Positions 1 through 8,587 of a DNA stretch of 64,000 bases are shown here, in pieces (within the stretch, counting starts at the first letter, position 1; each line of letters opens with the position of its first letter). The translations under genes were made by a program, and so were the position numbers. Origin of the DNA: a virus (taxonomy: Duplodnaviria > Caudoviricetes); IMG/VR virus record IMGVR_UViG_3300037361_000044, positions 64,001 to 128,000 of that record, one strand, 5' to 3'. The notes under the pieces were generated by a model. It worked only from the letters and a program-made list of their open reading frames with translations. It was not told the origin of the DNA and did not search any database.

Positions 1-27
1 TCAGATAGGATACGCGTTCACGGCATA

Positions 28-56
28 GGGCTAAGGAAAAGGGGCTTTTGGCCCCT
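28..56 (-). terminator. Intrinsic terminator with TAGCC tail
   Basis: Minus strand reads GGGGC-CAAAA-GCCCC then TTTTCC-TTAGCCC, just after the stop of 64..285. Confidence 0.7.
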
Positions 57-63
57 CCTCCGA

Positions 64-285
64 CTATCTTGTTCTGAGCTCCCAGGCGATGGCTTCCTCT
101 TTGGCCGTCGCTTTCTTTTTTAGCTCCTCGATAGTCTCTTTGAGGTACTCATTCCGCAGCTCCAAGTAGTGCGACCTATTATGGTACGGCAGCCCTTGTA
201 GCTCCTCCTCGTTGGACCCCAGCTCTGCTTCGAGCAGCGTCAACTGCTTCTTGATTTCCTTCAGCTCTGCTTCGTGCGTAGCCAT
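64..285 (-). CDS. Hypothetical coiled-coil protein
   Basis: 73 aa ORF, heptad-rich, purine-rich upstream region, followed by a terminator. Confidence 0.7.
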   Translation of the reverse strand: MATHEAELKEIKKQLTLLEAELGSNEEELQGLPYHNRSHYLELRNEYLKETIEELKKKATAKEEAIAWELRTR

Positions 286-304
286 CTGCGTACCTGTGTC
301 CTTC

Positions 305-571
305 CTAGGTCAGTCTGTAGCGGAGCAGCGTGCTCCCTCGCTTGTCCTCGTCTTCTTCAATGCCCTTCGGTAGAACCCACTCGAGACCGTCATTGGTCTC
401 AACCAGTCGTGCCAGGATGAATTCTGCATCGGCGTGGCTCAGGCTTGGATCCTTCTCTCGAAGAAACCTGCAAAGCGTGTCTTCTCGGCGCCACCGCCCC
501 TGCCCAATGTGCTTCTTCAGCAGCATAATCAGGCGGTACCTGGTCACTTGATGTCCTTGTAGATGGACCAC
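305..571 (-). CDS. Hypothetical protein
   Basis: ORF packed into the minus-strand gene string. Confidence 0.6.
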   Translation of the reverse strand: MVHLQGHQVTRYRLIMLLKKHIGQGRWRREDTLCRFLREKDPSLSHADAEFILARLVETNDGLEWVLPKGIEEDEDKRGSTLLRYRLT

Positions 572-873
572 ACCAATGCCCAGAAGCTGGAGCCAAGCAT
601 GAAGCCAAGCAGGAACACCATGAGCTGGGCCTGTCTGGTGAACGTGTTCATCTCCTTTTTGATGCCGTTGCGTAGGTTGCTGAAAGCGTGGTCAGCCTCT
701 TGTGGTTCACAACGCAGGCACTGGTACCCGGCGCTGATGTCACCAGTTCCCCACCTGCAGTGGGGGCATACTGGCTTGGAACAAGTGACACAGACTGCCA
801 GGTCCCATGTGCTACCGCATTTGTGACAGGCAGTAACAAGACAGGCTCCTGGTCGGACGATCCAGAGCAGCAT
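544..873 (-). CDS. Zn-finger protein with C-terminal TM helix
   Basis: Four CxxC pairs and a hydrophobic C-terminus; TGATG coupling to the upstream gene. Confidence 0.6.
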   Translation of the reverse strand: MLLWIVRPGACLVTACHKCGSTWDLAVCVTCSKPVCPHCRWGTGDISAGYQCLRCEPQEADHAFSNLRNGIKKEMNTFTRQAQLMVFLLGFMLGSSFWALVWSIYKDIK

Positions 874-1196
874 CAGGAACCGGCCTTGGTCTTGCGTAGG
901 TTGAATTCTACAACCCTCGCATGTTCCTGCATGGCTCCGAGCCATTCCTGCTCATCCGAGCCCATCAAGATCGGTGAGGTGTAGTTGATGAGTTTCCCGT
1001 GATAGATGTACTGGCAGTCGATGGCGTCGCCCCAGAAATGCAGTCGCCCATCGGCGTCTACGCGGGCGTACCAGCGCTCTCCGTGGATGTTGGTGAACAG
1101 CGAGCTGAAGACCACGGGGTCTTCTGGCTTGGGCTCCTCCCTCCAGGCCGGGTTGAGTCCGGTGTCTCTTCGTCGTCCTCTCGGTAGCTTCTCCAT
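873..1196 (-). CDS. Hypothetical protein
   Basis: ATG at 1196 with AGGAG upstream; this start avoids overlap with the plus-strand gene at 1248. Confidence 0.6.
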   Translation of the reverse strand: MEKLPRGRRRDTGLNPAWREEPKPEDPVVFSSLFTNIHGERWYARVDADGRLHFWGDAIDCQYIYHGKLINYTSPILMGSDEQEWLGAMQEHARVVEFNLRKTKAGS

Positions 1197-1247
1197 GAGT
1201 TCACTCCTGATTTGAATCTGGCGGCCGGTGGGTGTATCCTCTGGGGC

Positions 1248-1529
1248 ATGGCCGAAATGACCCCAGACTTGGCAGCAGTGACTGCCAACGCGTTCTATGA
1301 CGAGCTCTCGAAGTTGGCTGCGGCTGGCGCCCTCGGTAAGTTCTGGGATGGCGCCAAGCACGAGCTAGGACCAGCCATGGGAGCCGTGGGCGGGGCTGGT
1401 GTTGCCAAGATGGTCGGTGTTGACCCTCTGGCGGGCGCTGCCGCCGGCTACGGTCTTGGCGCGACCGGCGACATCGTGAAGGCCATCAAAGAGAAGCGAC
1501 TGGCCAGAACCCTAGCCAGTCACCCCTGA
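1248..1529 (+). CDS. Glycine-zipper protein, probably late-expressed
   Basis: GxxxG-rich; TTGAAT-17-TATCCT promoter ends 7 nt before the ATG. Confidence 0.65.
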   Translation: MAEMTPDLAAVTANAFYDELSKLAAAGALGKFWDGAKHELGPAMGAVGGAGVAKMVGVDPLAGAAAGYGLGATGDIVKAIKEKRLARTLASHP

Positions 1530-1534
1530 GGGAT

Positions 1535-1810
1535 CTAGCGGTCCTTCCAGCTGGCTCCTTGGATAGCCGCGCAATCGGAACACATGGGGTGTTGGCTGTG
1601 CTCTTCCTGCTGGGCAACGGTGACGTCAGCCCCACATTGGGTCTCGGCCACGTAGTCAGCGCGAATCTCTAGCACCAGGTGCCAAACCCCATCGGAGCAC
1701 AGCAGGTAACGCTTGCCCTTCCATCCGGGTACGAACTCGCCGAGTGGAAGTTGTAGTTGCCGCTGGTCGACAGCGGCCTTCTTCTTTTTTGGTCTCAGGG
1801 TGACGTCCAC
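1535..1810 (-). CDS. Hypothetical protein with Cys/His motif
   Basis: GTG start after AAGGAG; contains WH...CG...CxxC. Confidence 0.55.
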   Translation of the reverse strand: MDVTLRPKKKKAAVDQRQLQLPLGEFVPGWKGKRYLLCSDGVWHLVLEIRADYVAETQCGADVTVAQQEEHSQHPMCSDCAAIQGASWKDR

Positions 1811-2019
1811 AGCATAGCTCCTTCTTTTCGGCAGACAGCAGCGTCTGCACGGCATTCATCGTTGCACTTGAGGTGGTTCATCGAGCCCACCTGGTTCTTG
1901 GAACTGCAGTGTTGCTCGCAGCGTTGTTCACGTGCACGGCATACATCGTTCGGCGCCGCGAAGCTAGAGCTCGCCAGCAGAAGGTATGCGCAGCTCAGGA
2001 TCCTTGAGTGTTTTGGCAT
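1795..2019 (-). CDS. Secreted Cys-rich mini-protein
   Basis: Signal-peptide-like N-terminus ending SFA; six symmetrically spaced Cys. Confidence 0.6.
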   Translation of the reverse strand: MPKHSRILSCAYLLLASSSFAAPNDVCRAREQRCEQHCSSKNQVGSMNHLKCNDECRADAAVCRKEGAMLWTSP

Positions 2020-2500
2020 AGACTCCTTTGTCAATGAATGTTTGTACTAGCTCAGCGTATTGTTGAAGCACCTCACGCCCTATGCCCTCGTTGTGTAGAA
2101 GGTAGGCCATGCGCGAGGCCAAGTACAGCAGCTGCCGCAGCGGTGGGTCCACGCAGGCGGGGCAGTCCACCCCAAGCACCTCTCCCAGTGCCGCGGTCAT
2201 ATCCACGGTAAGCGGCACACCACGCGGCGACGTTAGCTCGTACAAAGCTTCTCGCACCTTGCCCGTGTAGCGCTTCTCTTCGTACTGACGCACTGTGCGC
2301 AGGTGAGTGCCATATTCGTTGGTACTCTCCTTGCCCACCGGGTAGTTTCCGCCAACATCGAAGACGTGCTTACTGGCGGTAGTAACCAGCGTGCGCCCGA
2401 CTTTAGCTATGGTCGTATGTAGCACCCGGTCAGCCGCGTTGTTGATGTTGTACCGAAGCACAACCACTTCCATGCCTACAGGCCAGTCAGCTATCGGCAT
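1964..2500 (-). CDS. Hypothetical protein
   Basis: 178 aa ORF overlapping both neighbours. Confidence 0.65.
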   Translation of the reverse strand: MPIADWPVGMEVVVLRYNINNAADRVLHTTIAKVGRTLVTTASKHVFDVGGNYPVGKESTNEYGTHLRTVRQYEEKRYTGKVREALYELTSPRGVPLTVDMTAALGEVLGVDCPACVDPPLRQLLYLASRMAYLLHNEGIGREVLQQYAELVQTFIDKGVYAKTLKDPELRIPSAGEL

Positions 2501-3050
2501 TGCTGAGTCCCTTCACGAGTGAGGCCACATCGTCGTATGGCGCTGGACCGAAATCCCATGCGTCCACTCCGAGGCTGATTGAGGCCGGTCCTGTGACCTT
2601 TGTCGTTGCGTGGCTGTGCCCGTGCAGCAGAATCTCTCCCTTGTGCCTACGAGGCCGAAGAGCCTTGTACTTGTCGGGCTTCTCCACACTGGCTGTCTTG
2701 TACGGGTAGTGGCTGAGGCGGCAGGGTACTTCGCCGATCTGCATGACCGCTTCGTGAAGCACTAAGCTGAACCCCATCGAGGCCATGGTTGTGTCTCCTT
2801 GGTCGTGGTTGCCCACGATGAGAATTTTGTAGCCGCAGAGCTCGGTGAGCATGTTTCTGTATCGTTCGGTGTCTCCTTTGAAGAAGCAGTCGCCAAGCCA
2901 GACAACTGTGTCATCTGGCCCGACCATACGATTGTAGTTGTCGGCTAGCGTCAGGTTCATCTCCTCAATGTCAGAGAAGGGTCTGTTGCAGTAGCCGATG
3001 ATGTTTGCGTGAGCAAAGTGTGGGTCTGAGAAGAAGGCTTTGATCTTCAT
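2487..3050 (-). CDS. Calcineurin-like metallophosphoesterase
   Basis: SDPHFAH, LGD, GNHD and HGHSH motifs. Confidence 0.9.
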   Translation of the reverse strand: MKIKAFFSDPHFAHANIIGYCNRPFSDIEEMNLTLADNYNRMVGPDDTVVWLGDCFFKGDTERYRNMLTELCGYKILIVGNHDQGDTTMASMGFSLVLHEAVMQIGEVPCRLSHYPYKTASVEKPDKYKALRPRRHKGEILLHGHSHATTKVTGPASISLGVDAWDFGPAPYDDVASLVKGLSNADS

Positions 3051-3322
3051 GCTGACTTTGGTTGCATCCCATAGGTGCGTTGAAAGAGGATGTGCTTTAC
3101 GATCATGCGCGCGCGGATGAGGCCCTTGTCCCCTTCGATGAACTTCTTCTTCACCGCATCAAAGGGAAGTCCTGCGGCGGTTGCTACGATGGTTAGGTAG
3201 AAGTCTCTATTCTCTAGGACCTTCTGTGGTGCGATGTCTGCGTCGTAGGCTGCTTTCAGCAGCAGTTGCTGGTCAATAGAGGCCTCAGAGTCTATGTTGA
3301 CTTTCATGGCGGGTTCATCCAC
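3047..3322 (-). CDS. Small protein resembling the PolA fingers subdomain
   Basis: ARMIVKHILFQRTYGM resembles PolA motif B (RxxAKxxxFGxxYGM). Confidence 0.55.
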   Translation of the reverse strand: MDEPAMKVNIDSEASIDQQLLLKAAYDADIAPQKVLENRDFYLTIVATAAGLPFDAVKKKFIEGDKGLIRARMIVKHILFQRTYGMQPKSA

Positions 3323-3357
3323 CTCTCTTATCCCCGAAAGGGTGCTACCCTTGCCCT

Positions 3358-3630
3358 ATGTCCGGCAAGCTCATTGAACTTCCCCGCAGACTCGAGTGGA
3401 AACCGATTGAGACCTGGATCGGACGGGTCAAGGGCACGGGCCTGTGCACGAAGGTCTCGGAGAAGCTCGAGGGTGCTGGCTTCGTATGGGAGGCGTGGAG
3501 TGGCTGCTCACTGGTTGCTGCCGGGGAAGCTCCAGACATGCTTGCGGGGCGTAAGGCCGCGGAAGAAGCTCTGGAATCGGGAGTGGTGGTTGTGCGCCCC
3601 TTGCCTTCCTCGAACAAGGGCGTACCTTGA
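3358..3630 (+). CDS. Hypothetical protein
   Basis: TGCTACCCT extended -10 ends 6 nt before the ATG. Confidence 0.6.
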   Translation: MSGKLIELPRRLEWKPIETWIGRVKGTGLCTKVSEKLEGAGFVWEAWSGCSLVAAGEAPDMLAGRKAAEEALESGVVVVRPLPSSNKGVP

Positions 3631-3682
3631 TTGGTGATGGATGGGGATGCCGCAGTCAGTGGCACTCCATCTGTCCCGTTTT

Positions 3683-3714
3683 GGGGGCTACAAGAAAGCG
3701 GGTTTCCCCGCCTC
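3683..3714 (-). terminator. Intrinsic terminator with TAGCC tail
   Basis: GCGGG-GAAA-CCCGC then TTTCTTG-TAGCCCCC. Confidence 0.75.
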
Positions 3715-3720
3715 CCTGCA

Positions 3721-3936
3721 TCAAGACTTGCTGCGAGCATGCCGCCGTGGCGGCCGTTCGAAGCTGGCTCCGCACCAAGGACAGAACTTCACAGCCACCT
3801 ACTCAATGGCGTAGCCCCGTATCACAGCTCCGCTTCCCCAATCCTCTGCCAGAAGTTGTACGTGCTGATGATATGGAAAAGGGCTGGGTGTATCGGCTAG
3901 GCGTAGGTACTTCTTTCCCGATTCACAGCAGTCCAT
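3721..3936 (-). pseudogene. CC...FCPxCG small protein with an in-frame TAG
   Basis: Translates as MDCCES...YAIE*VAVKFCPWCGAS...; TAG at 3801-3799; ends just before a terminator. Confidence 0.6.
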
Positions 3937-4183
3937 GTTGTTCCGTCGGTAGGGTGATGTCCACTAGGTCCAGGTCGAAAGTGGTGAGCTTGGTGCGCAC
4001 GCAGCTGGCGTTCAGGTCGTCCCAGGTGAGGCCTTCGCCATGCCCGTGCGTGGGTTGGTCACACCTGGAGGCACACTCGGCAGCATGGGCACAGGATTGC
4101 CGCTTCTCTTTGAAGTTCCCAACGCACTCGGGTGCGGTGTAGGAGAAGAGTAGTCCAAGGCAGTGTGGCTTCTGCGAGTTCAC
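3923..4183 (-). CDS. Cys4-domain protein
   Basis: PxC(L/F)GxxFSxxxxECxG...C...C domain shared with 4602..5696. Confidence 0.65.
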   Translation of the reverse strand: MNSQKPHCLGLLFSYTAPECVGNFKEKRQSCAHAAECASRCDQPTHGHGEGLTWDDLNASCVRTKLTTFDLDLVDITLPTEQHGLL

Positions 4184-4605
4184 AGCTCCACCTCGCTGAC
4201 CAGCTCAACTATGCTGGCTGCTGCCGTGCTGCTGAAGTCCCAGAGTGCATCTCGACGCTTCTGGTGCTGCACAGGGTCAAGTCCTCGAGGACGTACAGCA
4301 GCCGTGGTGATCCAGGAGCGGGCGGCCTCGAGCGCCTCATCCAGGTCTGAGCAGTGTCCGTGAGTACCAGCGCGATCCTTCTCCCACAGCCTTGCGTCGG
4401 CCACGGCCCTGGCCAGGATGTAGTCCCTTGACTCCCCTTTGAGCTCCTTGGCCACCACCGCCAAGTAGCTTCGAACGTAACCGACCAGCATGTACTTCAG
4501 GGAAGCACTGTGCCAAGCGTCTGTGAGCTCGCTCGCGGTTAGTTCACTCGGTGTCCCCGCTATAGGTCGTAGAGTCTTGCGTGTCTGCAGGTCTGAGTCG
4601 GTCAT
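4180..4605 (-). CDS. Hypothetical protein
   Basis: AAGGAG RBS and a GGCATAAG motif upstream. Confidence 0.7.
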   Translation of the reverse strand: MTDSDLQTRKTLRPIAGTPSELTASELTDAWHSASLKYMLVGYVRSYLAVVAKELKGESRDYILARAVADARLWEKDRAGTHGHCSDLDEALEAARSWITTAAVRPRGLDPVQHQKRRDALWDFSSTAAASIVELVSEVEL

Positions 4606-5696
4606 GGTGTGTCTCCTTCTTCTCTCTTATGCCGGAAACCGGCTCTCAGTTGCACCAAGTGCTGTTGGCTGTTCTCCTTGCAACCCTTCCATGCGTCGCA
4701 TTCAGGTACATCCGTTCTCCCTAAGCACTCCACTGCCGTTGCCGAGAAGGATTTCCCGAAGCATGGCGGCATAGTAGCGGACGAGCCAGAGCGGATCTTG
4801 CAAGCTCTGTGCAGGTCACAGGCTGGCTTGTACGGACTGGTGCCGCACTTGGTACTACCCACACAATCGGGTTCCTTAGTTGAGAAGTGTATTCCAAAGC
4901 AGGCCGGGGGTAGGGACGGCGTTGAGCTGCGTGGCAACTCCGTTGCAGCCGTTGCAGTGTTGTAGACTTTGGCTGCGATGTTCTCTTTGATGATGGTGCG
5001 AGCTTTGTCCTTGAGCTGTTGCAGCTCCTTAGCAGCCGCTTGTTGCTCGAGTTCCTTCTTCTGCAGCAGCTTCTGTCGTTGTGCTTCTTTACGGGCCGCC
5101 GCCTGGGTGCGTAACTCCACTGCGCGCAAATCTTCTACGAAGAGTCGGTCTGCTCTCTCTTCTGGGGTTTCATTGATCCAAGGAATGGCCAGTACGCGCT
5201 CAGGGGGTTTCTTGAATCCTTCCTCCCAGTGGGGGTCGAAGTCAGACGCCAGCGCGCTTGCTTTTTCCTCTTCTTCCTCTTCATCCTCAGGTTCCTCGGT
5301 TTCTGGGGTCCACGCGCCAAGCACCTTCTGCATTTCCTTGCGTATATCCTCTTGCAGGATCTGCAACGAATCCTCGGACCACAGCGTGCCGTAGGTCTCG
5401 TAGTCCGTTGCACGCTTCGACTTGCGGTGTTCACGTCCGTCCAAGATCATGCCCCGATACAACTCGTCGCGGCACTCATGGCACATTGGTGAATGCCCGG
5501 CTTTCATGGAGGCACGAATCTGGCTAAGTGGTCTTTGTGCGTATCGTCCGCAGGTGCATTGCAGCATCCATACGTTTCTACCCGCATAGTTCTCTACAAT
5601 GTGCAGAGCGGTCAGCTCGCCAAACCGGCGCCCCTTCACACCATCTTCATCCAGCGCCAGCTTCTCCTCTGGCAGTACCTGTGCTGTAGCTTGCAT
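4602..5696 (-). CDS. Multi-domain Zn-binding protein
   Basis: N-terminal GRRFGELT...WMLQCTCG module typical of phage HNH/AP2-associated domains, acidic linker, coiled coil, two Cys4 repeats; no HNH core seen. Confidence 0.7.
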   Translation of the reverse strand: MQATAQVLPEEKLALDEDGVKGRRFGELTALHIVENYAGRNVWMLQCTCGRYAQRPLSQIRASMKAGHSPMCHECRDELYRGMILDGREHRKSKRATDYETYGTLWSEDSLQILQEDIRKEMQKVLGAWTPETEEPEDEEEEEEKASALASDFDPHWEEGFKKPPERVLAIPWINETPEERADRLFVEDLRAVELRTQAAARKEAQRQKLLQKKELEQQAAAKELQQLKDKARTIIKENIAAKVYNTATAATELPRSSTPSLPPACFGIHFSTKEPDCVGSTKCGTSPYKPACDLHRACKIRSGSSATMPPCFGKSFSATAVECLGRTDVPECDAWKGCKENSQQHLVQLRAGFRHKREEGDTP

Positions 5697-5708
5697 AGTG
5701 GCTCCTTC

Positions 5709-5723
5709 GTTGTACTTATACCG
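5709..5723 (-). promoter_or_regulatory. GGNATAAG-class promoter motif
   Basis: CGGTATAAGTACAAC, identical to the 15-mer at 10836-10850 (+). Confidence 0.65.
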
Positions 5724-5739
5724 TAAATACATGGAATTT

Positions 5740-5776
5740 GGGGGCTACGAAGAAACGGGTTGTACCCGTCTCTTGT
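5740..5776 (-). terminator. Intrinsic terminator with TAGCC tail
   Basis: GACGGGT-ACA-ACCCGTT then TCTTCG-TAGCCCCC. Confidence 0.7.
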
Positions 5777-5810
5777 GAGCTACTATCGTCAAGCTCAACC
5801 GATGCCAAAC

Positions 5811-6194
5811 CTATTGGTGCAGTCGGTTCATCCAATCGAGCAGGATGATGTCCTCCGCAATGTCCTCCTCCAGCTCGGTGGCGCGCTTCTCCAGCATAGC
5901 GAGAACGTCGTCCCGATCCTCCTCGGGCATGTCCATGATTCGGTAGTACTCGCCGACAGACAAGGCAATCGCCGCTTCCTTCCCGTCGTTGCCCGTATTC
6001 ATGTCCAGCACGTATTTGGTGCTCAGGGCATGGAGGAGCGCGGCGGCAACCTTGGTGTCATCGACGTACACGCGACTATCCAGAAGCATCAACATGACAT
6101 CTGCCGGGATTGCTCGAATCCTGGCTTTGACGTCAATCTCCGGCTTGTCGTTGGCTGCTGAGGTTGGTGCTACTGGTTCTGCTTCGAAACACAT
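5811..6194 (-). CDS. Hypothetical protein
   Basis: AGGAG RBS; GGGATAAG motif at 6240-6247. Confidence 0.7.
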   Translation of the reverse strand: MCFEAEPVAPTSAANDKPEIDVKARIRAIPADVMLMLLDSRVYVDDTKVAAALLHALSTKYVLDMNTGNDGKEAAIALSVGEYYRIMDMPEEDRDDVLAMLEKRATELEEDIAEDIILLDWMNRLHQ

Positions 6195-6262
6195 GTGGTT
6201 CTATTCTCCTGGCGAGGGGGTTCTGTTCCTCTCACATCTCTTATCCCTGTTTTCCACGGTTT

Positions 6263-7249
6263 TTAGCGGCTCACAGTCTTTCCCTTGCTCCGTGGTGTAT
6301 TTTTGAACGCCTTGTTCAGAATGGTCGCTGGGTAAACGCCAACCGCGCGGCGCGCCCCGTTGATCTCCTCAGTAGCCGTCTTTGGTGGCTTGTGCCCGTA
6401 CTTGTCGATGAACAACGCGGTCGCGGCTCTACCCAGGGAGCTGTTGGCGACTGGAGCGTGTTCTGGCGTGTGGTTGCTGCGCCAGCTGGAGATGCTGTAC
6501 AAAGGTGCGCTTGGCGCAAGAGTGGCTGAGGGAGGATCTGTTTGCGCTGTCGAGGCAGTTGGCGTAACCACCACTATAGGCTTTGGCTTCTTCGCCTTGG
6601 CCGCGGCACCCTTGTTGGCAAGGGCCTTTTCACAGGTGGTTATGACCTCAGCCATTTGGGTTGTTATGGCGCGTGCCCTGTCTTCTAGTGAGGTTGCCTC
6701 CTCCAGCACCTGTTGCGGGCTTTCCAGCTCTGCTAGCTGCCCGCGCAGATCTTTTATGGCGTCCGTGTGTACGCGTACTTCTCGTTTCAGCTCCTGCACG
6801 TCCCCTGCTACAGCATCTAGGCTTGGGGCGACAATGATGCCTTGCTCCTGCTGCACAAGGGCCGTAGTCCGGTTGTACTCCTCCACAGCTAGTACATGGT
6901 TGAGCAGTAGGAAGAATGCTTTGACGTACTGTACGAGCAACGCACTGGCATTGGGGGTGTCCGACTTGCCGACGAGGAACATGACCTGGGGCTGGTTGAA
7001 GGCCATCTCTTCGAAGTCACGGGTAGCTCCTTGTCCCGCCTTGAGCTTGACCTGTACGGTACAGGTCTTGCCCAATTCTGCGAGTTTTTCGGCATGTCTG
7101 ACCGCCAGCTGCCTCAATGTGTCCTTGTCCTTGTACCCCAGCAGGTGGGCGAGGTCGGTGAGGCTGATGCGGGCTTGCTCTATGGCTTCCACCGTGGTCT
7201 CAGCCAGGTGGAATGGGATGCTGTTCTTGACGATTACGATGTCGGTCAT
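6263..7249 (-). CDS. Phage antirepressor-like DNA-binding protein
   Basis: ISLTDLAHLLGY N-domain, coiled coil, C-terminal LGR...KYGHKPPK...VGVYP domain; AGGAG RBS. Confidence 0.65.
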   Translation of the reverse strand: MTDIVIVKNSIPFHLAETTVEAIEQARISLTDLAHLLGYKDKDTLRQLAVRHAEKLAELGKTCTVQVKLKAGQGATRDFEEMAFNQPQVMFLVGKSDTPNASALLVQYVKAFFLLLNHVLAVEEYNRTTALVQQEQGIIVAPSLDAVAGDVQELKREVRVHTDAIKDLRGQLAELESPQQVLEEATSLEDRARAITTQMAEVITTCEKALANKGAAAKAKKPKPIVVVTPTASTAQTDPPSATLAPSAPLYSISSWRSNHTPEHAPVANSSLGRAATALFIDKYGHKPPKTATEEINGARRAVGVYPATILNKAFKNTPRSKGKTVSR

Positions 7250-7317
7250 GGTTCTCCTGGCAGTTGGATGTTCTGCCCTCAGGTTGCTTATCCCTGTTCT
7301 GCCTGCGCTTTTCGACG

Positions 7318-7351
7318 CAGAAAGGCCCCCACCGGCAACCGATGAGGGCCT
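7318..7351 (-). terminator. Intrinsic terminator without TAGCC tail
   Basis: AGGCCCTCATCGG-TTG-CCGGTGGGGGCCT then TTCT, downstream of the S53 gene. Confidence 0.6.
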
Positions 7352-7422
7352 ACTTGCAAGCAGCTTGGGGTCGACTGTAAAGTTTTGGACCCCTGATTGT
7401 AAAGTTTCTGAACAGCCGGTCG

Positions 7423-8586
7423 CTAAACGGTCTTGCCATCCACGGTAACCGACAAGGCATCGGTGACCACGATGAGGCGGGTGGTTGCCGTCGGCGCGGG
7501 GACAGGTACTGGAGTCGGCGTAGGCGCCACGGATCCTTGTAGGGCAGCGAGTAGCTTGGTGCCAACAGGCACGCCCATACCCGTGCAGCAATCGTAGCCT
7601 GCGCGCGCGGCGTAGGTGCCATTGTTGCCCACGGTGATGTCACGGCTCCAGCCAGCTAGGGCGTAGAGCTTATCGTTCATGAAGCCAACGTTCTTGCCCA
7701 AGGCTTGGCCCAAGCAGACTGAGAGGGCCGCCCACATGGGAGCAACTGCGCTTGTTCCTCCAATTACCAGCTGCTGCCCATCCACGATGATGACCCAACC
7801 GGTGTCGGGATCGGCGTTGCCACCCACGTCGGGTACACCGCGGTATTTGGCACCTGGTACGTTGGCTAATCTTTGCCAGTCCGGAAGGAGGAAGTGGGAG
7901 CTCACACCCCCGCCAGTGGCACCACCAGCGCTGCCGTCATTCCATACCGTCTCGTTGATGGGTGAGGTGGCGACCAGTGCTGTGCCTCCACAACCAAGCA
8001 CGTACGGGGAGCTGGAGGGGAAGTCTACATTCTTGCCAGGAAGCCCATCACCGGACCCGTTGTCCCCAGCCGCGGCTGTGACCGTGATTCCTGCGGCGGC
8101 AGCCTTAGCGAAGGCCGTGTTGAAACTGGCCATGACCGCGTCGGTCCAGTCCTTCTCTGGAGCTCCCCACGAGATGCTGATGGCATCCATACCGTCGGTG
8201 ATGGCCTGGATGATGGCCGCTAGGAATCCTGCGTCGGTGTTCGGAGCTGTGTAGCAGTGGAGCTCAGCACCTGGGGCCATGCCACCGATGACGCACAAGT
8301 CGAGCATCACTTCGCCGTCGGCCCCATCTGGTCCGTCCGAGGTGTTTTTGGCACCTTGAATCGAATGGAACAACACGGGCTTGACCGTGAGGCCCAAGCT
8401 CTTGAAGTAGGTGTCGAGGTCTGCTTGGTTGTAAGCTCCCCCAAGTTCGATGACGGCAACTTTCTTGCCGGTACCGGTGGAGCCTGGCGGGAATCCGTAG
8501 AAGGCAGCCAACTGTTTCGGAGTGTAATTGGTCCCGGTAGTGTGGTTCTTGAACCGTCCGTGCTTGAGGTATGAACGTAGTTTCAT
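7423..8586 (-). CDS. Sedolisin/kumamolisin-like S53 serine-carboxyl peptidase, catalytic domain only
   Basis: EVMLD (Glu/Asp), SISWG, AAGDNG, GTSAVAP (Ser) and the Ca site DITVGNN...GYD..TGMG. Confidence 0.92.
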   Translation of the reverse strand: MKLRSYLKHGRFKNHTTGTNYTPKQLAAFYGFPPGSTGTGKKVAVIELGGAYNQADLDTYFKSLGLTVKPVLFHSIQGAKNTSDGPDGADGEVMLDLCVIGGMAPGAELHCYTAPNTDAGFLAAIIQAITDGMDAISISWGAPEKDWTDAVMASFNTAFAKAAAAGITVTAAAGDNGSGDGLPGKNVDFPSSSPYVLGCGGTALVATSPINETVWNDGSAGGATGGGVSSHFLLPDWQRLANVPGAKYRGVPDVGGNADPDTGWVIIVDGQQLVIGGTSAVAPMWAALSVCLGQALGKNVGFMNDKLYALAGWSRDITVGNNGTYAARAGYDCCTGMGVPVGTKLLAALQGSVAPTPTPVPVPAPTATTRLIVVTDALSVTVDGKTV

Positions 8587-8587
8587 C

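Noticed and set aside
3627-4142. 171 aa plus-strand ORF
   Set aside because: Overlaps better-supported minus-strand genes and a minus-strand terminator
4602-5696. Homing endonuclease
   Set aside because: Only the associated N-terminal module is present; no HNH or GIY-YIG catalytic motif found
6263-7249. Prophage or lysogeny module
   Set aside because: Antirepressor-like genes alone are not diagnostic; no integrase, repressor or host genes in the window
6360-7448. Long antisense ORFs (also 22985..23695, 49760..50272, 44702..45451)
   Set aside because: Shadow frames of GC-rich or low-complexity real genes, with no RBS or motifs
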